Under the pieces are notes generated by a model, which had not been told where the DNA came from, did no database searches, and was given only the letters and a program-made list of their open reading frames with translations. The position numbers and the translations under genes are program-made. From Candidatus Poribacteria bacterium (lineage in GTDB: Bacteria > Poribacteria > WGA-4E > WGA-3G), in contig OY282374.1 of assembly GCA_958295815.1 (NCBI GenBank), positions 514,856-578,855 on the forward strand: a stretch of DNA of 64,000 nucleotides. The letters are read 5' to 3'. Positions 56,279 to 64,000 of this stretch are shown here, in pieces; positions within the stretch are counted from its first letter, which is position 1, and each line of letters begins with the position of its first letter.

Positions 56279-57067
56279 TTACCGCTTCAGTTTACCCCAT
56301 GTCGTTGTCAGTTTGCCGCGAGCAGAAACATCAAGCGTTTCGTTGATGATTTTCTGGATGTCAGCTTCAGAGAGTGCGTAGTTGGCTAACATCAATTCAT
56401 CGATTCGGCCCTGAAAGAAACGGGGGCAGCATCCATTATTTTCGCCTCCAAATTTCAACGATCTGTCCGGCATACTCCGACCAGGTCCCTTCTGTGAGAT
56501 AACTTTGCCATCAGATTCCCCGTTGATATAGAAACGCGCTTCGCTCCCATCCCACGCAAGCGCAACATGGGTCCACTCTTTCGCCTTCAGCTTACCGTCA
56601 GAAATATGGTAGCCGGGGTTATTGGTGTCGTAGAAATAGTAGGCAAGTTGGCCGGCACCGGGTTCGATTTGCAGATAATAGGTGTTTTTGAAGAAAATGG
56701 TGAATTTATTCTCTTGACCACCCGCTGGAAGTTCGTCAGGATAAACCCACGCCATCATCGTAATCTCTTCGTCCATATCGACTTCATCGGAGTGCGCAAC
56801 CTCAATAAAATCGGCTTTACCGACCTTACCAGCCATTTGCACAGCGTCCCCAGAAATGCCTTCAGCCCACTTTATATCGCCGTTGAATTCGCCGACTAAG
56901 CCAGCCGTTTCATCTTCAGTCTTATCCCCTTTGCCTTCGTCGAAATGCCAGACATATAACTTCTCACCGAGTTGTTTCACGTTGCCCTTTCCACCTGCAG
57001 TGAATCCTACTTGGCAGATAGATAGGCTGAGAAAAACGCATAGCATTAGAAAAACTTTGGTTCTCAT
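56279..57067 (-). CDS. Exported LamG-like protein with conserved C-terminal tail
   Basis: Signal peptide; WHFDEG, TMMAWV, WTHVALAWDG, FQGRIDE; ends GKLTTTWGKLKR. Confidence 0.88.
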   Translation of the reverse strand: MRTKVFLMLCVFLSLSICQVGFTAGGKGNVKQLGEKLYVWHFDEGKGDKTEDETAGLVGEFNGDIKWAEGISGDAVQMAGKVGKADFIEVAHSDEVDMDEEITMMAWVYPDELPAGGQENKFTIFFKNTYYLQIEPGAGQLAYYFYDTNNPGYHISDGKLKAKEWTHVALAWDGSEARFYINGESDGKVISQKGPGRSMPDRSLKFGGENNGCCPRFFQGRIDELMLANYALSEADIQKIINETLDVSARGKLTTTWGKLKR

Positions 57068-57186
57068 CAGTAATTCCTCCGTATAGAATAAGAGAAGGGC
57101 GATGTAAGAACCCGCCCTTCCGGTAGAACTTGGCAATAGGCAGGCTTTGTGACGCTGCCACTATAACAGAGGGTGTTTAGCTGCTC

Positions 57187-57957
57187 CTACATTTTGAGCT
57201 TGCCCCATGTTGTAGCAAGTTTGTCACCGGGGTCCACAGCGAAGAAAACGCCGTTTTCCATATCCTGATTAATCTCATCAACAGAAAGGGCGCGATTGTA
57301 GATGGCTACCTCATCAACCAAGCCAATCATACCGGGGAGTCCCGTTTGTGCCTTGCCGATGCGGAAGACGACTTCAATGCTGTTAATTTTGCCCTTTGGT
57401 GGTGCGAATTCAACGTCCAATTTACCATCAATGTATTGACGAATCATATCCCCATCGAAGGTAGAAGAGACGTGGTGCCATGCTTCCAATTTCGGCTTAA
57501 TGGTCTGCTTGTTCCGGGAACCTTGCCATCCTCCGATGTTAATCCAGGTCTCAATTTGCGGAGCACCGGTAAACTGTGCGCTCCACTGGAGGCAATAACC
57601 ACCGACGTTTGCTGAACTCCTACGTCCCATCAGGTTGGAGTCCCCTTGAGATTCTTCAGGGAAGTACCATCCCTGAATTGTCAGTTCATCCGTGATGTCG
57701 AGTTCAGGGACTGCGTCAACCTCTACAAACTGATCGGAATTTTCAAGATGAACAGCACCGCCAATTTTGCCATCTTTCGACCAGACTGCACCTTCCAAGG
57801 TGCCTTCAATATTATTTCCACTTACATCTTTCACCTTGCCGCCGTCGTCTTCATCAAAAGTGAAGTACAACATGAGTGCCTTATCGTCATTTATTGCCCA
57901 CGTGTTGACACTTAGGCTCAAGGCGATAAGGCAGAAAACAGTGATAACGGATTTCAT
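57187..57957 (-). CDS. Exported LamG-like protein with conserved C-terminal tail
   Basis: Signal peptide; YFTFDE, WHHVSSTFDG, VDEVAIYNRALS; ends AVDPGDKLATTWGKLKM. Confidence 0.9.
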   Translation of the reverse strand: MKSVITVFCLIALSLSVNTWAINDDKALMLYFTFDEDDGGKVKDVSGNNIEGTLEGAVWSKDGKIGGAVHLENSDQFVEVDAVPELDITDELTIQGWYFPEESQGDSNLMGRRSSANVGGYCLQWSAQFTGAPQIETWINIGGWQGSRNKQTIKPKLEAWHHVSSTFDGDMIRQYIDGKLDVEFAPPKGKINSIEVVFRIGKAQTGLPGMIGLVDEVAIYNRALSVDEINQDMENGVFFAVDPGDKLATTWGKLKM

Positions 57958-57992
57958 TGAGAGTGAACTCCTTTTTTAGCGGGTGTCGGTTA

Positions 57993-58105
57993 TCGGTTAT
58001 CAGTTATGAGTTAAAGAGGGCACTGTAACAATTGACCGCTTTCTGGCGTCCCCAAGTTTGGGTAGATTGTTACAAAACGTCTCTTAACCGACAACTGATA
58101 ACCGA
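57993..58105. repeat. Heptamer-based long inverted repeat element
   Basis: TCGGTTATCAGTTATGAGTTAAAGAG pairs imperfectly with CTCTTAACCGACAACTGATAACCGA; inner TGTAACAAT/ATTGTTACA. Confidence 0.7.
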
Positions 58106-58119
58106 AGACTGGTCGCCAT

Positions 58120-59754
58120 TTAGAAACTGGAAATCTGAATTTCCTTTGAAGTGATAAACTCAAGGAGTGCCGGAACGCCTTCCTGAGTCTTCTGGATGCC
58201 GCGTTGAATAGCTGGAATAATCTGATCAGGTGTTTCGACACGCTCACCGTAGCCACCGAATGCTTTTGCCATGTCTGCATAGTGCCCAGAGATGTCTGTA
58301 GACCTGAATTTTTCGGTAGATACGGGCATAATCGGAATCTCAATCGCCATAGAGAAGTTATTGAAAAGCACTGACAGAATTGGGATTCTTTCTCGCACAG
58401 CAGTCTCGAAATCCATACCGGTAAAACCAATAGCGGCGTCACCCCAGACGTTGACACAGAGATGATCGGGTCTTGCCAGTTTCGCACCCATTGCGAGTCC
58501 GAGACCGTAACCGAGCTGCGTCGTTTTGCCCCAACCGATATAGGTGAGTGGTGCAACAGACTGCCAGAACGGAGACATTTGGTCGCGTGGACTCCCCGCA
58601 TCGTGCGTAATAATCGTATTTTTCACATCAACAGTATGAAGCAGATCCTGGATAACGCGATACGGCGTCATCGGCACTTCATCAGAGGTGAGTTTAGCCT
58701 TCCACTCTTCGAGCCATTCGGCTTTGACCGCACTAATTTCTCCAGTGACAGCTGCCGTCTGCTCCTCAGATGCGCCATTGGAGCGGTCGCGAACTGCTTC
58801 TATTAATCCTTCTAAAATCAAGCCTGCATCGCCGACGAGGGCAATATCAACAGGAACGTCTTTGTTGATATCCGCCGGATCTAATGTAGCGTGAATAACC
58901 CGTTTCCCCTCAGGAATCCTGACCCCGAATCCGGTTCGAGTGAAACTACATCCGATACCGAGAATCAGGTCAGTTTTTTGGAGGAAATGATGCACCGGTT
59001 TCGGAATCGCGCGTCCGCCAGAACCGAGTGCCAAAGGATGATCTTCAGGAAACGCACTCTTACCAGCCAAACTCGTCGTCACAGCAGCCCCAAGCAGCTC
59101 CGCCAATTCTTTCAAGGAGTCCCAAGCTTGTGCGTAATGTACACCTTGTCCTGCGTAGATGACGGGACACTCGGCATTGAGTAGTGCTTCTGCAGCTTCT
59201 TCGATTGCCTCGGTGTCAGGTCTGTAACGTACGGTAGGGACCGGTGACGGATCGAAAGAATCCGAAATTTCCTCACCAAAGATGTCCGATGGGAATTCAA
59301 CGAGCGCAGGACGAGGTCTGCCGTTCCGTACCTGTGTAAAGGCACGCCGCATGGCTTCCGGAACTGATTCAGGCGTCGTAACCTGTTCACACGATTTTGT
59401 CACGTGCCGATAATTCAGGGCAGAATTAAAATTCGGTTGGATTTGTGTTAGACCTCGGGAATAGCCACCCGGCAATACCACAATCGGTGCGGAATCGCCA
59501 AACGCTTGTGCGACACCACCGAATGCGTTTTCGGAACCCGGTCCACTCTGCATGCAGAACACACCGATCTTTTCGCCAGAGGTCATTCGGCTCATCGCAT
59601 CTGCCATGTGAAGTCCAATCCGTTCCTGTCTAACGATAATCGGGCGAATATCCAACTTCGCTGCTGCCTCGATTATTGGGTTGACGGGATAGGCGAATAA
59701 GTACTCTACTCCCTCCGCTTTAAGCACTTTTGCAACTGCATCGACAACTTTCAT
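58120..59754 (-). CDS. Thiamine-diphosphate-dependent enzyme (acetolactate synthase-like family)
   Basis: VRQER, QSGPG, IYAGQGV and WGDAAIGF...NN ThDP motif. Confidence 0.9.
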   Translation of the reverse strand: MKVVDAVAKVLKAEGVEYLFAYPVNPIIEAAAKLDIRPIIVRQERIGLHMADAMSRMTSGEKIGVFCMQSGPGSENAFGGVAQAFGDSAPIVVLPGGYSRGLTQIQPNFNSALNYRHVTKSCEQVTTPESVPEAMRRAFTQVRNGRPRPALVEFPSDIFGEEISDSFDPSPVPTVRYRPDTEAIEEAAEALLNAECPVIYAGQGVHYAQAWDSLKELAELLGAAVTTSLAGKSAFPEDHPLALGSGGRAIPKPVHHFLQKTDLILGIGCSFTRTGFGVRIPEGKRVIHATLDPADINKDVPVDIALVGDAGLILEGLIEAVRDRSNGASEEQTAAVTGEISAVKAEWLEEWKAKLTSDEVPMTPYRVIQDLLHTVDVKNTIITHDAGSPRDQMSPFWQSVAPLTYIGWGKTTQLGYGLGLAMGAKLARPDHLCVNVWGDAAIGFTGMDFETAVRERIPILSVLFNNFSMAIEIPIMPVSTEKFRSTDISGHYADMAKAFGGYGERVETPDQIIPAIQRGIQKTQEGVPALLEFITSKEIQISSF

Positions 59755-59769
59755 ATTTTTCTCCAATCC

Positions 59770-59791
59770 GTAGTCGCGATCTTGGGATCGC
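59770..59791 (+). repeat. Single GTAG REP-like hairpin (third variant)
   Basis: GTAG-TC-GCGATC-TTGG-GATCGC. Confidence 0.45.
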
Positions 59792-59811
59792 CTTATGTCT
59801 ATAGAAAAGAC

Positions 59812-60624
59812 CTATGAGGTCGGGTTCGTTGGTGTTCCAGCATCCATCACAAGAGGAAAATGGTCACCTACCAATTTATCACCATCGTTAACGGTAACAA
59901 AAGGTTTCATAACGTGGCTTCCGCTGGCATCGTATAGCGTTTCACCTGTCATATAATGCACTGCAATCGCACGCCGAGGACTACCACTGGTGTTGTCGTG
60001 CGAACCGTGCCATGTTAAGGAGTGATGGTAATGAACGTGTCCTTTCGGTACCGGGCAGAGTTCCACGGCTAATTCGTTATCTTCAAAGTGGTCGGGCATG
60101 GAATGGATGTCCTTGACGGAATGCAGAAACCCAATCTGATTGCCCCAATGATAAGAGCCAGGGACCATACGCATACATCCATTACTTTCATCAACATCGT
60201 CCAAGGCGACCCAAGCACTTACCTGACTCGTTTTTGGCGTAAGAATCGGCCAATACGGTGAATCCTGATGCCACATATTTACACCGCCCACTTTCGGTGG
60301 TTTATATTGGATCTGGTCGTGCCAGACGCGTAACTCTGTTGCTGATGTTAGTTGCCCGATTTCTTCTACGATAATTGGGTTATAAACGAGTCGATGGTAG
60401 GCTGGACTCGCCTCCCAAATGTTAACAACTTGCCAGACTGGACTCTCTTCTTTGCGACCGAGATTAGCGATGTGCACCGGCTGCGAAATATCCGCTTTCT
60501 CGTAATCGTCAATAACACGTGCCAATTCTGACCGTAGTTCCTCAACCTGATCATCGCTTAAAACACGGCTTCCAAGGAGAAAGCCTTTCTCACGAAATGT
60601 GTCAACTTGGGTTTGGTTGAGCAT
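59812..60624 (-). CDS. Phytanoyl-CoA dioxygenase family protein (tandem paralog B)
   Basis: WHQD, WVALDD, PGS, WHGS and RRA motifs. Confidence 0.92.
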   Translation of the reverse strand: MLNQTQVDTFREKGFLLGSRVLSDDQVEELRSELARVIDDYEKADISQPVHIANLGRKEESPVWQVVNIWEASPAYHRLVYNPIIVEEIGQLTSATELRVWHDQIQYKPPKVGGVNMWHQDSPYWPILTPKTSQVSAWVALDDVDESNGCMRMVPGSYHWGNQIGFLHSVKDIHSMPDHFEDNELAVELCPVPKGHVHYHHSLTWHGSHDNTSGSPRRAIAVHYMTGETLYDASGSHVMKPFVTVNDGDKLVGDHFPLVMDAGTPTNPTS

Positions 60625-60645
60625 ACTTCCCTCCCATAAAAAGAC

Positions 60646-61458
60646 TTATATGTTAGCCTTCGTCGGCTTTCCCGCATCCATCACAAGCGGAAAATGGTGA
60701 CCTGCCAATTTATTACCACCATTAACGGTAACAAAACGTTTCATGATGTGATTTCCGCTTTCATCGTAGATGGTTTCGCTCGTCATATAATGCACCGCAA
60801 TTGCCCGACGCGGACTACCGCTGGCGTTGTCATGCGACCCGTGCCATGTTAAAGCGTGGTGATAGTGAACGTGTCCCTTCGGTACAGGACAGAGTTCTAC
60901 CTCCAACTCATTATCTTCAAAGCGATCTGGCAATGAATCAATGTCTGCGACCTCGCGCAAAAATGGCATCTGACTACCCCAGTGATAGGAACCGGGGACC
61001 ATACTCATACACCCGTTGCTTTCGTCAGCATCGTCCAACGCAACCCAAGCACTCACCTGACTCGTTTTCGGCATGAGAATTCCCCACAACGGCGAATCTT
61101 GATGCCAACGGTTGACACCACCAACTTTTGGCGGCTTGTATTGGATTTGGTCGTGCCAGACGCGCAACTCCGTCGCCGACATGAGTTGTCCAATCTCTTC
61201 CACAATGGTCGGGTTGTGAACGAGTCGGTGATAGGCAGCACTCGCCTCCCAAATGTTAACGATTTGCCAAACCGGGCTTTCTTCTTTACCGCCGAGGTTG
61301 GCAATACGAACGGGCTGCGGAACCTCAAGTTTTTCGTAGCTATCAATGACCCGCGCCAATTCAGCACGCAATTCATCAACCTGTTCATCGCTTAATACGC
61401 GGTTTCCGAGAAGAAAGCCTTTTTTACGAAATGTGTCAACCTGAGTTTGGTTGAGCAT
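60646..61458 (-). CDS. Phytanoyl-CoA dioxygenase family protein (tandem paralog A)
   Basis: Same motifs and same length (270 aa) as the neighbour. Confidence 0.92.
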   Translation of the reverse strand: MLNQTQVDTFRKKGFLLGNRVLSDEQVDELRAELARVIDSYEKLEVPQPVRIANLGGKEESPVWQIVNIWEASAAYHRLVHNPTIVEEIGQLMSATELRVWHDQIQYKPPKVGGVNRWHQDSPLWGILMPKTSQVSAWVALDDADESNGCMSMVPGSYHWGSQMPFLREVADIDSLPDRFEDNELEVELCPVPKGHVHYHHALTWHGSHDNASGSPRRAIAVHYMTSETIYDESGNHIMKRFVTVNGGNKLAGHHFPLVMDAGKPTKANI

Positions 61459-61529
61459 ACTCGCCTCCTATAGCATCTATATCTTAGTACTGAGAAATCT
61501 TGTGGTTTTCCACACTACTGTGTTGTATT

Positions 61530-62564
61530 TTACTTGCCGGTTACCTTATTTTTCAGTTCTACCCACTCTTCATCGCTGAGTTTTGGGGGCCATGCGATCC
61601 GCTCGCCGATGAGTGCGGAGCGATACGCCGCCATAATCACGTCGAATCCAAGCATCGCGAACTCCAATCTGTTGCGATGCGGTTGGTTTTCGTCATCGAG
61701 CCAAGTTGCGATGGCTTGTGTAAAGTCCCGTTGTCCCTGTTTGTCGTCTTCACCGAAGTGCGTTTTCTCGACGAAGTGGTGTGCCATACCCTCAAGCTGA
61801 TAACCCCATGAACCGTTTTCACGCCACCACATCCTGCCTTTGGTCCCCCAGAAATCGAGGTTACACCGTGGATTGCTGCCCGGAAAATCAATAGTTCCAA
61901 ATGCTGTCCGTGCGGATTCAAATAGGACGCGTGCACCGTTCTCAAATGTATAGATCGCCATCAAATTTTCAGGACATTGGCGGTGTGGAACATCATAAAT
62001 CTCGGCACCCTCAACGGCACCCCAGACGTGTGTAATTGGGATGTCTTTAAGCGCAAACAGTACAACGTCCATCAGGTGGGTATCCATGTCGGTGATGTCG
62101 CCTTCGGTACAGGCACGAATGAAGTGTATATCGCCGAGGCTATCGTCGGCAAAAAACTCAAGCAGTTTTTCAGCGAAGGGTAGGTAACGTCGTTGATGGT
62201 TGACGATAATCTTCAAACCTGTTTTCTCGTACGCTGCGGTGAGTGCGTCTGCTTCGCGAGGTCTGAGTGCGAGCGGTTTCTCTATCACCAGTGCCTTAAC
62301 ACCCGCTTCGGCGGCAGGCTCTACCCAAATATGTCGTGGCACCGTCGGCTCTGTTACGGCGTGGATAATATCGGGTTTTTCCATCTCCAACATCTCAGTG
62401 TAGTCTGTATACCCCGGGACGTTGAGTTCTTCTACTGCTGCATTTAACCGTTCCTCGTCAATTTCGCAGATGGCAATTACCTTCATATTTTCGATGCCTT
62501 CATAACGTCGGGCATGGTGTACACCGCGTCTTCCGCCAACGATCCCAGTTCGATACATCGCCAT
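61530..62564 (-). CDS. Gfo/Idh/MocA oxidoreductase
   Basis: IEKP, VNHQRRY and THLMD motifs. Confidence 0.88.
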   Translation of the reverse strand: MAMYRTGIVGGRRGVHHARRYEGIENMKVIAICEIDEERLNAAVEELNVPGYTDYTEMLEMEKPDIIHAVTEPTVPRHIWVEPAAEAGVKALVIEKPLALRPREADALTAAYEKTGLKIIVNHQRRYLPFAEKLLEFFADDSLGDIHFIRACTEGDITDMDTHLMDVVLFALKDIPITHVWGAVEGAEIYDVPHRQCPENLMAIYTFENGARVLFESARTAFGTIDFPGSNPRCNLDFWGTKGRMWWRENGSWGYQLEGMAHHFVEKTHFGEDDKQGQRDFTQAIATWLDDENQPHRNRLEFAMLGFDVIMAAYRSALIGERIAWPPKLSDEEWVELKNKVTGK

Positions 62565-62682
62565 AATATGCCTCCCAGTTGAAGCGTGCAGTTACAGGTT
62601 TCCGAAACTTGTCATTATATTAACACGCTCGCAAATTTGTGTCAATAGACTGTTTTTGTATCTCAGGGCATTCAGCTTTTCT

Positions 62683-62809
62683 GTAGGAGGGATCTCCGAA
62701 TCCCGACTCTTCTTTCTGTAGGAGGGATCTCCGAATCCCGACTCTTCTTTCTGTAGGAGGATCTCCGAATCCCGACTCTTCTTTCTGTAGGAGGATCTCC
62801 GAATCCCGA
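62683..62809 (+). repeat. Tandem array of four GTAG REP-like family 1 units
   Basis: Units at 62683, 62718, 62753, 62787 with identical linkers; the last two share a 1-nt G deletion. Confidence 0.92.
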
Positions 62810-62979
62810 TTCTGGTCTAAAGTGGGCAGCATACCATAAAGTCGAATTCCAACAAAAAAGCCCACCGTCAAAGGACGACAGGCTTTCTTTTTTTTTGCCA
62901 AGTAGAAATATTCTTGGCATAGTTCTCTTTTTAATTCGAGATTTCAATGAATTCCTTTGCTGTGCCTGAATGGATTATT

Positions 62980-63873
62980 TCAAAAAACTTGGGACGTTAT
63001 ACCGTTTACACAGCGGAAACCGAAGTTGCTATAGGTGGGATTGCGCTTAGTACGATCAGCAACGCGCACGGCATGAGGGACGCAGCCATCACATCCATCA
63101 CGTACCGCCCGAGGCGTTCTAATCTTCGTAAAGTTATTAATGAGCCAACCTATGTCATAGGAACCAGAAAGTGGATTCCGGTATGGCGACTTTTTGTAGA
63201 AGTCCAAATCATATTCGTCAAGGCACCATTCAAAAACATTGCCTGTCATATCATACAAACCATACCCGTTAACAGGATATGTTCCTACAGGGGTCGTATC
63301 GCCAACTATCCCACCGTAGTTCGCCATGTTGGCATATATTGAATCGCCCCACGGAAACCTCTTACCTACCAGACCACCGCGCGCAGCCTTTTCCCATTCA
63401 GCTTCTGTCGGTAAACGTTTACCTGCCCACTGTGCATAAGCCATCGCTGCATACCAACTGACCCGCACCGGATGGTCGCCTTTGCCGTCGGGATAATTAT
63501 TTCCGTTCCAGTCTTTCAAGTACTGCCCGTTGTGGTATCTTCTCCTAATACGTTCTATTTGCCACCACTTACCTTTTTGCCACTGTGGATTAGCGTCAAT
63601 AAATTTTTTGTATTCCGCATTCGTTACTTCATGGATGTCCATATAGAATGCATCGACATAAACAGAATGCACGGGTTGTTCGCTTTCACCGCCTTCAGCA
63701 TCGTAGCTTCCCATCTGAAACTCACCCGCCGGAATCAGAGCCATACCTTCCGGTGCGACAAGTGCAGCAGTCCCGTCCTCAACAGGCTCATGAGCTTTTG
63801 GCTTAGATCCTATCACACAAACGCAGAGAACACTTATGACAACCAAAACTAAACTACTAATTCTATTGTTCAT
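62980..63873 (-). CDS. Formylglycine-generating enzyme (SUMF1/FGE-sulfatase) domain protein
   Basis: IPAGEFQMG, HEVTNAEY, KRLPTEAEWEKAARGG, GLYDMTGNVFEW and GFRCV motifs; N-terminal signal/anchor. Confidence 0.9.
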   Translation of the reverse strand: MNNRISSLVLVVISVLCVCVIGSKPKAHEPVEDGTAALVAPEGMALIPAGEFQMGSYDAEGGESEQPVHSVYVDAFYMDIHEVTNAEYKKFIDANPQWQKGKWWQIERIRRRYHNGQYLKDWNGNNYPDGKGDHPVRVSWYAAMAYAQWAGKRLPTEAEWEKAARGGLVGKRFPWGDSIYANMANYGGIVGDTTPVGTYPVNGYGLYDMTGNVFEWCLDEYDLDFYKKSPYRNPLSGSYDIGWLINNFTKIRTPRAVRDGCDGCVPHAVRVADRTKRNPTYSNFGFRCVNGITSQVF

Positions 63874-64000
63874 CAGAAATCCTTTCAAAAGACTTTTGGA
63901 ATGTTTCCTTCTGGGCAAATAGCATAACATGGGTTCGGCTTAAAAGTGTATCGCATAGGAATCGATAAAATATAGGCTTAACCATATTGTTAAGCAAATT

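Noticed and set aside
62620..62947. ORFs with repeated ESGFGDPPTERR peptides
   Set aside because: Translations of the REP tandem array, not credible proteins.
34..63852. Numerous 60-170 aa antisense or alternate-frame ORFs in the track
   Set aside because: They lie within well-supported genes and show no recognisable motifs.

Overview
A 64 kb bacterial chromosomal window. Gene content suggests Candidatus Poribacteria (inference from four phytanoyl-CoA-dioxygenase-family genes, three Gfo/Idh/MocA oxidoreductases, LamG/DUF1080-like exported proteins with a shared C-terminal W-x-x-L-K tail, DUF1501 and an FGE/SUMF1-like protein). Housekeeping genes: argD, ispE, tRNA-Gln, rplY, pth, maf, yajC, queA, ruvB, ruvA, yebC, cydAB, rsmA, coaBC, gmk, rsmD. 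An intact Hen1-Pnkp RNA repair pair is present. Main observations: (1) Three ORF-track fragments at 20720-21832 form one continuous frame encoding an exported two-domain BCP/PrxQ-type peroxiredoxin. It has an in-frame UGA at the peroxidatic position of each domain, and each UGA is followed at identical spacing by a SECIS-like hairpin, so it is a predicted two-selenocysteine protein. (2) An accessory island (about 37.0-46.0 kb) carries three consensus sigma-54 promoters, its own enhancer-binding protein, an orphan A24 (GxGD-type) peptidase, sugar-activation genes and two tail-bearing exported proteins whose last 31 bp are identical. (3) ruvC is reduced to a 44-codon relic. (4) There are several GTAG-type REP-like families, a MITE-like insertion with a 10-bp target duplication, and a heptamer-based hairpin element. 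No CRISPR array, rRNA or transposase was found. All functional calls come from motif recognition by eye; no database searches were run.
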